A stretch of 64,000 bases of DNA from Paragordius varius (taxonomy: Eukaryota > Animalia > Nematomorpha). The stretch covers positions 12,524,001 to 12,588,000 of the forward strand of contig OZ176053.1 in the NCBI GenBank assembly GCA_964247055.1. Reading direction: 5' to 3'. Made by a program: the position numbers and the translations under genes. Shown here in pieces: positions 44,898 to 57,995 of this stretch; the first letter of the stretch is position 1; the number at the start of each line of letters is the position of its first letter. The notes under the pieces are model-generated. The model saw only the letters and a list, made by a program, of their open reading frames with translations, was not told the origin of the DNA and did no database searches.

Positions 44898-45454
44898 CTA
44901 GCGTAAATCTCGGACTTCTGAAGGGGGGGGGGGGGCTATATTAAAAAAGGGATAATAAAATGATCCACATATGTGAATTATTTCGAAACATTATATAATA
45001 GCTATGATCTCATATGAATTTCAAAACGGTGCATTCATACTAATATATTGTTTACTTGGGCGAAAAATAGATTTAAAAAATTATTTTTGTGGACTTTAAA
45101 AAAAATGGCATTTTACGGGGGGAGCGGGTAAAAGAGGGCCCAAATTAAAAAAGCGAGCCGACTATGTTCGGCGCAATCGAAAATAAGTAAACAAAAATCA
45201 TATTGAAATTGAATGGTCCAACACGTTCTCCGGAAAATTGTCTCAAAGACACGATTTTTGTGGACTTCTGTTTTCAAAAAAAACCATTTTTCACACGGGG
45301 TGGGCCCGAACTGGAGGCCTAAAAAAAGGGCGAAGCTATTGTCGGGGCATTCATAAATGATTATATTTTTTCGATATTTGGATTTGAGTGGGTGTACCGG
45401 TTTTCCGGTACCAGATCACAAAGCCAACATTTTCCATTTTTATAAATATATAGA
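44898..45454 (-). mobile_element. Non-autonomous Helitron-like element
   Basis: Minus strand starts TCTATATATTTATAAAAATGG and ends ..GATTTACGCTAG|T. Colinear with 15277-15839. Confidence 0.78.
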
Positions 45455-45679
45455 CATATTTATTATCCATATATTTGTTAACATCCTATACATCTGATAG
45501 ATAAAAAAATAAATAAAAAAATAAACTAATACGATTTTATTTTTAAAATCAATAAAGTCTGATTGATCATTTAATTGTCTCATTTGAATATTGAGATGGA
45601 CAATTTTATTTAAAAGGAGCATAATATATTTTTGATTTTATAAGCAATTTTGTTATGCGGCACGAAGTTTTAAAATGAT

Positions 45680-46545
45680 TCACATAGTCTCATAAGTTTT
45701 CAGAAATTTGGTTCCAAAGGCATGCTGTATCGATATGAGGGCGCAGTTGTAGGCGGGTAGCCCTCTACCTAGAGGCTAATATATAAATGTATTTAGATAA
45801 AATTTTTGCCTTTATGCCTGGAATCATCATTCATTCCTAATAGTTTATGGAAGAATGGCTTCAAAACTAAATAATAGTTCAATGATAGCGCATATTTTAG
45901 GACGTAAAGGGCCTATTTGACGGCTAATTAAAAGAATCCGCTCGACTAATATTTTTGACTTTTTACGTACTTTAAGCAGCTATTGAACTCATATGGCCTG
46001 ATAGTTTTTCTGAAATTTAGCCCCAAAAGCACGCGATTTCGATATGACGGGTCAGATTTTCGCGGGTAGCTCCTTACTCAGCAGCTATCATCAAAGAAAT
46101 GCTTCACTAAAATTTTTGCCTTTTAACAGGGAATACGTAGAATCCTTATTGAATTTTTACGGTCTCATGGCGAAAAATAGATTCAAAAAATTATCTTTGT
46201 GGACTTTGTTTTTTTAAAAAAATGGCATTTTACGGGGGGAGCGGGTAAAATGAGGGCCTAAATTAAAAAAGCGTGACGACTATGTTCAGCGCAATCGAAA
46301 ATAAATAAACAAAAATCATATTTAAAATTGAATGGTCCAACACGTTCTCCAGAAAATTGTCTCAAAGACACGATTTTTGTGGACGTCTGTTTTCAAAAAA
46401 ACTTGTTTTTCACACGGGGTGGGCCCGAACTGGGGCCTATTTTAAAAAAGGGCGAAGCTATTGTCGAGGCATTATTTATGATTATTTTTCGATGTTTGGA
46501 TTTGAATGGCATTTTCCATTTTTATAATATATATATACATATATA
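45680..46545 (-). mobile_element. Third Helitron-family copy preceded by two diverged ~300-bp repeats
   Basis: 46178-46520 is colinear with the other two copies. 45690-45850 and 45990-46170 are diverged direct repeats (CGATATGA(G/C)GG..GCGGGTAGC..AAAATTTTTGCCTTT). Confidence 0.6.
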
Positions 46546-47519
46546 TATATATACATGTCCTGATACAAATTCTAACCGATCCCAATCCACATTTTATAAA
46601 TCTTTTAATTAACCCTATTAAACATCTAGTTGATAAAGTCAATTTAAATTATAAAACTCCATAGTATTATAGTATATTGTAGATGGGATGTATAATTGTA
46701 ATTATCATATTGTAATGCTGGGTAAATTGTTTTTTGAATCTAAATTAATATTCTATAACCACAGGCGATTTTAATCTTTTTATATATTTTTTCATAGCAA
46801 TAAGTGTCATCGAGTATAATCTTTAAATTTTAATTTTCATCTAACAGCATGACTAGATTTTTATACTTTAATATCTTTTTACAATGTTTGTTTATATACC
46901 AAATTTTACTTACAGTAGCATGTAAAATATGGTTAATAAATGGATAAAAAAATATATAAAACCGTATTAAACCTGTGTTGTATGCCACTATTTTTTATAT
47001 GTTACTGGAATTTTTTAATGATATATCTCAACAATTCTAACATTATTATTACTAATATATGGATGTACATGAATGGCCCCTCTTTCTATCTTCTCTCCCT
47101 CTTTCTCTTTTATTTTTAATAAAAAACTCAACAATATAAAATGAATACAAGCAAGCAAATAAGCAGCAAAAAACAGAATTGTTTACTATTTTTTCTGATA
47201 GATATTCTCCTATCCCATGTCCACTTTATTATACTTCATTATACTGCGTAATTTATTCATAAATTCGAGTCAAACTCAACATGATAATATCAATAATATA
47301 AAATATACGTATTAAAAATTTTAACCCTCTATTTTTACCTATATATATTTATATTTCTACACTTAATTTATTACACGAATTATATTGAAAAAATGGATAT
47401 TTATCAGCATAATCAAGATATATTTAGTAATATAGCAACTTAGTATACTTCACCTTACATTATTGAATAAACGATTCAAGCCAGATATGTTTTCTAGACT
47501 TTTCTTTGAATTGGAATAA

Positions 47520-50500
47520 ATGCCAAATTGGCGATTTAATAATTCAATAGTCGTTATGTCACAATTTATCAAATGTTATCTCACCCTTTATTCCCTCATC
47601 ATCTCAACCATACATTGCTCAAACATTCTGGATATAGGTAATACAATGAACCCAAAAATTAACCTTTATTTTTGTAAATTATATATATATTTATGCAAAT
47701 TTTGATATTACTATCAAATAATATTTGGATGAAAGATGTAACTATTTAAATTTTATAATATCTAATAAATACAACGGTTTTTTTCATACCTACCTGCAGA
47801 CTTATTACCCATTTTAATATTTCCAACTCTATAATGTGTTTAAACAATGGCGAAAACATTTTAGTTGTGCTTATAAGACACGATAACTGATTAGTTAAAC
47901 TTAATATTGCAAATATACGGGCTTATTGGAGTGCTAAAAAATTTATTCAGATTTAAACGACAAACATTCAATAGCATTTCAAAAAAATACAATTATAAAT
48001 TTATCAAATTTATTAAATAGTAAAATTCATAATCATTTTTTTGTTTTCAACTGTTGTAGTATCGTAGGAAAGCTTTTTCATAATACAACTTCATTTCAAA
48101 TCATTGCCGCAGTTTTTATGTATGTGTAATTCATTGGTAATGAACAAAAATTTCCAGGGAACATTAAAATATATTTATGGCCCGCGGACCATATAATACC
48201 GTCAAAAATAGTATAGCTGCCCTTTAAAAAATATATCAAATTATTGAGTAAAGGCCCGGCCGCGGTTTGAGTACCAATGTATCTGATCAATTAAAAATAC
48301 GAATTGACTTTAAGCTGATATTTTTAACGTAACCCTAATTGTGCCCAAGTGAATTCTTTACTTGTGTTAAATAGAGCTTAAAAACGGCTTCCTAGTTGTA
48401 TATTTATTTAATTATTCCAAATTATAAAAGCTAAGGCCGCAAGAAATTATGGACAAAAATAATTTTGTTTTTTTGTTAATAAAAGTTGTAAATATTACAT
48501 GGATTCTAACTATTTAACTAAAAATGTAAAACTTTACACCATAAATATGCGCAAAGAATATTAAATTTGCTTGTTAGTGTACCGCCGACCAAAACTACAC
48601 CTTTTAAACAATAACAGGTATTATGCACATGTAAATGATAGTTGATCATTTATTTAACCAACTTGACCTGCGATATACATGGTGTTCGGTATTTTGTTTT
48701 CTTTTTTGTTTGATTCGTTTTGCGGTTCAAAACATTTTTGTAACACTTTGTTGTGAGAATACCGAAACTATTTGCACTCTTCTGTTTATATACATAAGTG
48801 GAATTATAAGAAGTTTGCGCAAAGATATTTAGTTGATTGGTGTTAAATGCATACACATTTTTACATACCGATCTTATTGATCTTTCAGCATTTGTGTGCT
48901 ATATAAATAGAATATATATATTTCTAAATTCAATATACGTCAATACATGATTTAATCTATGAAACCGTTAAAAAAATCATATTTATATGTATTTAACATT
49001 AGAAAAATTTTCCACATCGTTTTTGGGTTACCAATCGGCCTCAAACATTACCGGCAATTCAAAAGCTTACCCGCAACATTTTAAGTTTTTGTATGAGGAC
49101 CCTGGCCATCGCTATCACTTGTTTGGAGCCAGGTAGCTTATTTATAGAAAATAAATAAATTATCGAAAAAGTTTTAAACCGTGCCTTTTTAACAATTAAT
49201 AAACACACAGTGAGTTTTAATTTTAATAATACTTTCCATAAAAATATTTTTTCACTATATTATAAGTTTAGCCTTGTATTGGTCAATGGCTTCTTTCATA
49301 TGCATATATATTTATAAATATATAATAAACGGTTGGTTTTTTATTTTTTAGAAATTATCTTTACAACATTTCCATACAAGAAGATGGCACTGTTCATGAA
49401 AATCAGGTTGGTTTAATTTTATATTTTTGTGAATTCAACGTATCCTTGAGTGCAATGAAATTTAACTTTTTTTATTCAAGAGAAGGAAATTATACTTGAA
49501 ATTTAAAATGAAAGCAATTGATAATTTAAATTTACAGAAAAATGAAATATTAATAATGCATTATACTTTTGAAATCTTGAAACAATCACATTTCAATTTT
49601 TTTCTCCTAAACTTGAGCAAATAGAAGGCCATCATAACAAACAATAGAAATTGAATTTGCATTTTTTGCTCTGTTTATACTACTTTGTTTATACTCTACA
49701 AGATCTCACTCTATTCTATTGTCTTTTTTGATTAGTATAGAGTACTTTCTTTCTGCGTGCGTATTAAACAAATATTGTATTCATATTACTATTGTGGTAT
49801 ATCTATTCGTTTCTAATGTACATATTGTTTTACACCTCTTTGAGAAAATGTAAGGTAAATTCTCAAACTTTTTTTTTCATTTGTCTTCTATTCTATACCT
49901 TTTCTCAATAGCAGTTCTCAACGCTTTAATATTCGTGTGTGAGAAAGCTTTTGTTCTTCTTATAAATTTTTAATTTCAAAAAAATATAATTGCATTATGC
50001 ATTAACAAGTGGCTATTTTCTTAGAAAACTTTGTTACATATATTTTGTTTCAAATTGCAATGTTTAATGTTTATATCCACACAATGAATTTGATAATTAG
50101 ATAAATACCGCCAGAAACAAAGGTTTTAAGGTAATGTAAAAATCTAGCTCTCAACAAATTCTTACAATGTACATTCAAAAAATATTATATTTTACTTGAG
50201 ATAATTCTGGGTAAAATAAAAAATTTTTTAATTTTACAAATTATAAAATGAGAGTATTCGCATACTCTATCTACTGAGCAAAACAGATAAATATTTAGAT
50301 TTTTTTAGATTTCTTAAATATTTACCAATACTGCATCTTTTTGAATACCTTTAATACCCTCAAAAATTATAAATATGTAAACGTATTATTCATCATATTT
50401 AATTTTAGTAAAAAAATTTTAAAAAATGACTAAAAAACAGTAAATTTTGAACTGCCCTTCGGGCCTCTATCTTCTTTTTCCTTACCGTAAAATTAGATTT

Positions 50501-53500
50501 ATAATTATCATTATTTTTGAAATGTCATAATCTGCCAAAATGAATTTAAACGAGACGAATTTCTTAAAAATTTTCATCCGAAAAAAACCTATTAATTTCA
50601 TATAAACAATTTGAATGAAGCATTCTATAATATTACAGTTGTTTTTTGGTTTTGCTTTATATATATTATTTTGCATGTGGTCAGTGTCGTAAAATCAATA
50701 AATGTCACCAACCAAAATTATGCACAAAATGAAATCATTTAGAGAATTATAGGTTTTCATCTTTCTAAAATGCAGAGTTTTTTGATTTCACTTGTTAAGT
50801 TTGGCTATTTCCATCTTGTAGAAATATATTTTAGACACTGTATAAATAATCTATTATGACACAAAGAAAATTGCCTTAAAACCCCGATAAAAAACTATAT
50901 TAACCCATGTTTTTTTTGACAAAAATTAGCATTTGTTTTGGGAGACTCCGGCAGATAAAATCAAGGCTTGCAGTATGTATTATACCCTGGAAGATTGTCA
51001 AAATTACATCCTCCTCTTTGCCGTTTTGAAGGAAACGAATCTTGTTTTGGTTTGTGGAACGTATGCTTTTGAACCAACTTGCAGAAAATATCGTTATAAT
51101 CAAGTAATAATTTTTGGGTTGTTTTAAAGTATAATTGATTATTCATTTTTTTTATTTGGTGTTTTTTATTTATCTGAGAATTAATTATACACTTCCTGCA
51201 ATAAGTTAATTTGTAGAGTTATCCTGTATTTTTGTGTTAACACACTTCAAATGATATGCAAGATATATTTGAATATCATTAAATTATTAATAGGGGAGGG
51301 GTGGGTTTCAACACAGATCTTTATTAACGTTAAAGGGTGAATGGACTTCATTAACTGTATTTACCAATCGGAAACTAATTTTCTGTACAAATATTTTTTT
51401 AATAAACTGCATACTGAAAAACATAAAAACTGTCTCATTTTAAGACTTTATGCATATTTTACCATTTATATAAGCGCCCTGACGAAAATGGTCATTGGTA
51501 TTCAATGGTAGAACAATTTGATGGACTAGGTTATATCCCTCACATACCCCAACAGAATAGCACTTATACGGCTGTGGGTAATAACACAAAAATTTATACG
51601 TAAATTTAAACACATACAGTATGATTAAGAACAATGCCAGTTTATATATATATTCAAGCATATTACAACCAGCAATAGAATTGTTATGCAAAAAAATCTA
51701 AAAATAAATTCGATTGTGCACCAACTTTTACCATAAATGCTAAATTTGCACTATTCAATAAATTAACATTTTTAATAGTTTTTGTTAATCATATTATACT
51801 ATACATGTCTATTTTGCACAGATGGTGAAATATATTCAGGAACGTTTGTGGATGTGTGGAGTGATATGCCCATCATTTATAGACCAAAAGTGCGTACTGT
51901 TCATCAATACCCTCCGGCTTTGTTTAGACCACAATTTATACACAGTTTTCGGCATAAAGATCACATTTATTTTTTGTTCAATGAATGGATCCTAAGTCCC
52001 AAAGATCGGGATAAATGTATGCTCAAAATGACTTTTTTTTGTTCTTGCGAAAAATTGTTTTTAAAACATTTTTTTTGCAACTTTAAATGACATTGCTTAT
52101 TTTATAGATCATCGCGTTACATTGTACCATTTGGATGAGGATGGAGATACCCTTTACACGCCTCAACGAATACAAACTATTATAGCCCGTGTATGTATAA
52201 ATGATAAGGGTTACTTGGATCTTTTGTATGATAATCCACTCATCTGGAGGACTTACCTAAAAACTAGACTTATTTGTCACGTTTCTTCGGATGGTATGTA
52301 TATCTGCAATTCATTATCGGTTTTTAACCATATATATTGTAATAAAATAATTACACAATATGTTATGTGTAGGAAACAATTTAGTCCCTTCAAATGTTAC
52401 ATTTAACCATGGTGACCGGAAAGAAAGTGCGAACTCAAATGCCGATGAATATGAACGCAAAAAAATTAAAGGTAATTTTTTTCTTTTCCTCCAATTGAAT
52501 TTTGATTTTAAGCAAATTTTTTTTTCTCTTGTTTAGAAGCGTACGCCAAAAATTACATTTATCCATCACAAGTTAAACGAGTCTATCCATACTACGCGGC
52601 TCAAACAGCCCATCAATATGGAAATTATTATAGCGATGTAAAACCCCATGTTACAGCTCACCATGACCTGTCACGCGAAGGCATCCGAATTTTAGACAAA
52701 AAGCGGTAATACCCTTAATCCGCTTTTAATAAGTTGTAACCATTTTTAATTAATTTTTACCCTATCCAACAGAAATTTTGCTAAATCCAAATCTGAGCAC
52801 TCCCAGGAAAAAGATGACCCAAAAGATCGCAAAGATATTTTGCTTTTAGAGTATAACACTTTGACGGCGGCAACGAAACCCATGTCACTTTCCGACAATG
52901 AGGATAATGATGAAATTTTTTATGCTTCGTTTGTCGATAATTTGGTAAATGGCCAAGATGAATCTCGTCAAATTAACTCGGCTATTTGTGCTTTCAGTAT
53001 GATTGATGTGGAAAAGGTTTATAGATATAAAATCTTTTTTACATATTTTTACGTTTTGTATCAATTGTATGTGATATCATATATAATTTTCTCCTATATA
53101 TTTTAGGCTTTTGACCAAGGCATAACGGAATTGGATGCCAGTGTGCGTCCTACAAACAGCGCTCAACAAAAACACGAAGAAAAGAAATCTCGACTGGGGG
53201 AATGTGCTTACGATTTAGTCATACCTCGAGAGGCTGAAGCCATTCAAAGAAATCCGACCATTGCTTTTAGCGTTAAAGGACAGCCAATAAATATTTGGGC
53301 CGGTGGTCGAGAGTCCCTAGCAACCAGCTTGTTAGCTGTCCCACTCGATACCACAAAAACTCAAGAAATTTCAACTCCAAAAAAATTATCACAAGATCTC
53401 ATTTACTTTGGAACTCAGGATGGAGTGTTACATACGCTTGAAGTTATGCGAACCCGCTCAAAGTCACCCGTTTCAGATCGCAGAGAAAAAGTTTTTACAC

Positions 53501-55525
53501 ACTTTGTTTATGCAAATCCTTTGGCTAAATTTTATGTGGGTGATCACGATCACTTAACTGGCATACATAATTTACCTTCGTATCGAAAGAATATTTTTAC
53601 CCTACTACTTACAGCAAAAGCCGAAGGGAATCGCGATCGAGTTATCCGATTGCGACATTCGCTCCCACAATTATACTACAATGTTAGAGGCCCCGATCGA
53701 AAAAGCATAATGACTGTTAAACGTTACCATGACAACAATCCTTCCAGTTCATATTCATTTTGTGGGCGTTTCACAACGTGTGATTCTTGTATCAGCAGTA
53801 ACAGCAATAGAAAATGTGATTGGGATATGAGAGAACATATTTGTGTAAATTCTACATCGCCAAGCAGGGCGAGGTGCTCTTCGTCACGGCGGGCAAATGT
53901 CGACACCATTTTCACAAATAAAATTGTGTACAACGCATATGAAAACGCTCAAATACCCCCCACTCCATATGTCAATGGTGAACATAATAATCCCAACAAC
54001 AATTTTGTGATTGAATATCAAAACGGATCAACACATACCGATTATATGGCACCAGTTCCTTATGATATAAATCCGATCCTTCAATCTTTTTGTCAACCGC
54101 CTCCCAATTCACAACAGATTCGAGGAAGTGAAGATAATCAAATGTATTACACAAATGGCAAAGCTGGAAGCGGTAATACCAGCACTAAAAATTTTAACAC
54201 GCTTGAATATCAATTGGCATTAACGGGTGTCCTTACTGGTGTTGTATGTTTAGTGATTGGACTCCTCTTGGGATACAAATTGCATGCAAAACTCCTCACG
54301 AAAAAGAATGAAGATAAGTTTGGTCGGCCAGGGGACAATCTTATGCTTATGAACTCGCTACACAGACATCAAATAAATGGGGCGGCAATACCTCCTAACG
54401 GACCCTTTGGAACGCTTAAACCATACGATTATTATTTTACAGGTTCTGGAGCGACGCTTAAGAAACCGGACAATGATGAGATACGACGTGGTATGCAAAA
54501 CTATTCCAATAACCTTTATGGTATGGGCTTGGATTCGGACAAAAAAACGAATTTCATGGCACATTGGTTTCCGTCTCGTCTATTCTCCTACCTTGCCAGG
54601 GGTGGGCCGAACGGAGCAAATGCTAACATTTACAATAATGGTTCATCAGCATACAGTCCGAACACTAAATCATCTGATTCTTTCATTTGCCAACAACAAG
54701 ATCGAATTGGCGTTCCCGACAACAATAACAACCTCATGATGGGATTAGTGAACAAAGACAATGGTGGAGGCCTAGGAACTGCCACACTAACTCCAAATTT
54801 AGCAGCCACTCTAAATATGTATCAACGAGCCAGCTCGCCTCCCAAAGTAAATGCCACGCCCCGAACCCTAGCTAAACAACCTAAAACAGGTGTTGTCCCG
54901 CCTCCTCTTTTGAATCATAATAATTATCAACAGACGCCCTTACCTCCGGCACCATCGGTCCCTTTGCCATTGACTCCCACGTATTTCATTCACACAGGCA
55001 ATAACAATAGCTTAAACCAATCACTGCCACATCCTCAAACTACACACATTTACGGCAATCCCGAAGACCAAAGATGCAATACAACCATGCTATATCCTGT
55101 CGACTCGAATGTCATGATGGTAAGTTAATTCTCATTGTTGTAAATGTCAGTCTAAATGTTTTTATAATTAACGTATTTCACTAAAGAATCCATTTTATCG
55201 CTGTTTGTTTATTTAGCAATCAATGATGGATAATTCGAATGGCAACAACACTTTGCACAAATTGTATGGTCCCCAGAGGAATGATAATATGAACCATTTA
55301 ATGCAGGGTCAAACATTTGTCTACTCTTCCCAACCTCCTCATGCAAACCATTCAAGCATTTATAATGTTAATCCTTTAGCTGGAACTTACAATAGTCATA
55401 ATGCATCTATCATATCTGGTGGTGCAGATCAGATATCGATATCAAACAACTCTCAAATTCATTTAATTGGCCCGAATAAGACAGAATCCGGTGAAGGACA
55501 TCCTCACAAAAAAGTTTACATTTGA
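47520..55525 (+). CDS. Transmembrane semaphorin (Sema-PSI-TM-cytoplasmic tail, no Ig domain; Sema-1a/Sema6 type)
   Basis: Exons 47520-47637 (signal peptide, least certain), 49003-49132, 49352-49406, 50930-51103, 51445-51577, 51822-52016, 52108-52293, 52373-52471, 52537-52705, 52773-53016, 53107-55119 and 55217-55525; phases join. Motifs FKFLYED..FGARNYLYNIS, DCQNYI, VCGTYAFEPTCR, DGEIYSGT, IARVCINDKG, WRTYLKTRLIC, NSAICAFSM, IYFGTQDG. PSI CGRFTTCDSC..CDW..CV, TM LALTGVLTGVVCLVIGLLLGY, and a Pro-rich tail. Confidence 0.9.
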
Positions 55526-57097
55526 AAACAAGATACCGCGGATATGTGATAAAAATTTGGTGTCCCACTAAATGATTGATTGATTGATTTTTTATGGCCA
55601 TTCTATGTCGTGATAAATATCAATATGGTCCTAAGTTGTTTGCGCCATAAATTTACCCGAACCAATTTTCGTTGATTTAGAAAATCCATAAAACAATAAA
55701 ATTATGTATTCATATGAGAATTTTTAATATCCAATATCATATAAATTTTATTATTTAATTTATTAATCTATAAATCAAGGAATCGAAATATTATTGCCCA
55801 TTCTTGAATTAGTAAACAAAAACATACATGAGACACATTAGTAAATACTTATAATGTTAATATATTGTTATTGTACATAAACCTCAAAATCTGAATCTGA
55901 TATTTTTATGTATTGTTTAATTAACTTCGCATGCATTTAAAAACATACTTTAATTAATATATTTGTAGTGTATATATAAATAATCATGATGAGATCCAAT
56001 AAATTTATTTTTATATATCTTTGGCCGAAGGTTGAAAACGGATTCGATGTATTTAAGATATGTGGAAATAATTGTTTTGTTTTTAAGTAATAAAATGCCA
56101 AAACCAAACATACATCCTGCTTAATTATTAATAAAATTTATGTAAAATTAGGCTATAAATTTCCAAATTTTAAAACACAACCATTTTAGGATTAATGCGG
56201 CTCAATCAATAATATTCAATAATTTTATCGATTGGGACCGTGAAAATAAGCATATCATTTGATTAGATATTAGAATTGCTTTTAGTCACAACATGCATAT
56301 TTGTGCGGGCCAGATGGCAATACAGTAGCGTATGGGTAAAAAACAACAATGGTTAAAATTAAACATTTTTTAAATCTTATAGTATTAACCTTAAACAAAT
56401 ATTTTATACCATACGCTACTATATCATCAATTGCCCAACAATAATAGGAATTGGCCAACATATATGTACACCTTGTATATAAAAAAAACACTTTAAATAA
56501 ATTTGTAAATTTTTTTTGGCGAAAATTCCAACATGATATTTAACCATTTTTTATTAGAAAGAATTTAGATTAGAATTGGGCAAACCTCTCTTTTATTAAG
56601 TTTTAATCAAATTGAGTTAGCCTATTTGTTCCTGAAATAGCTTATCAGATTGTTTTCCACAAGGCCAACTCGCTTATATATAATTAAAGAGATGGCAAAA
56701 TTCAACAAGCCGGTAGAAGATATATGTCCGCAAACTTAGTCTATACTGATTTTGAACTCAAACCATTTCCGCACTTAAATTCAGTCATATAAGTTGGTTG
56801 ATAATAATTAAAGTAATAGTATTTTTGTGATATTAAAAATAATTTTTTAAGTGTCATATTTCCTTTTATTTATGTAAAGGTATATGTAATTTTATCTCAA
56901 TTTCAATAATTTTATGGAAAATGTGTTTTTTGTGTTGGCTAACACATTTTTTTATGTGAACACAAACATGTTGGCCTTTTATTCACTCAAACATGCAAAA
57001 ACAACACCTTTATTTTTCGGTATTTAATTACAAAATAATTAAATGACTATATATAAATACTTGGCTAAAATTACGCATTATTCCATTTTGTGGAATT

Positions 57098-57873
57098 ATG
57101 AATTTTCCAAAATATATATTGATTGCCATCCTCCATTTGGCTATGGTATATTCGCTGTCCGCTGAAATCAGGTATAATATATTTTACTTTTATTGGAAAA
57201 TTAGTTAATACTGAAGTTCTCACTAGTTCTGAAAAGTGCGATATTTTCTAATCTGTAAATTTTGACAAATATAGCTGTAATTTATACAAATTTAAGCCAA
57301 AAATTGGACCTATAAAAATTTAGAAGATGAAGCCATTTGGCTTAATAAATGCCGGTTCTCAAAATTCCATCAATAAGCCTTGAATGCAGTCAGACTTAAT
57401 ATGTTTTATAAATCTTGAATTGGGGAAAAATACAAAACCCCTTTGTATGATGATATATTTTTGGTACTAATTTTGTTACAGCATTTAAGCCAATTTATAA
57501 AATATATATTATAGTTCAAATGTTTGGGAGCCGTCATGCGAATGTGAAGAGAATTGGGATCCTAATTTATGCTGTCCTGAACTTGAGCTGTGTCGCAATG
57601 TGACCCATTTCTGCCTTCCACCCAAAAGATGTGTTTCGGGTCGCGTTTTCGATCGTTGCCAATGTTGCGAAGTTTGTGGAAAGGTTAAAAATTTACTACA
57701 TGTTTAAGTTTGTTTAAACTATTTTTACAATAATTTTGCATTTTTAGAACCTTGATGAGAAATGTGAAGGTCAAGAAAAATGGCATGGATATTGCGGGAA
57801 AGGACTCTATTGCTCCCATGATGAAAATGATAGACATGGTGTTTCCCCCGGAGTTTGTCTCAAAAATCCATAA
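57098..57873 (+). CDS. Secreted single IGFBP-N-domain protein (SIBD-like), 3 exons, 122 aa
   Basis: Exons 57098-57171, 57515-57683 and 57748-57873 (369 nt). Signal peptide MNFPKYILIAILHLAMVYSLSA, then C..CLPPKRCVSGRVFDRCQCCEVCGKNLDEKCEGQEKWHGYCGKGLYC..GVC, the IGFBP N-terminal cysteine pattern. Missed by the ORF track. Confidence 0.88.
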
Positions 57874-57995
57874 ATAATGTGTGTACATAGCATCATACAT
57901 ACATAATTGATAAAATAAATTAATTTATTTGAAAGCACCACAATGAAATATAGGTATGATATATAAGTATATATAGTCGCGTAAATCGTTTTAAT

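Noticed and set aside
50743-50800. Extra semaphorin exon RIIGFHLSKMQ
   Set aside because: The equivalent motif is already supplied by exon 49352-49406 (NYLYNIS), which joins in phase to 50930.
53724-54739. Antisense and alternate-frame ORFs inside the large semaphorin exon
   Set aside because: Expected by-products of a long, higher-GC coding exon, with no recognisable motifs.
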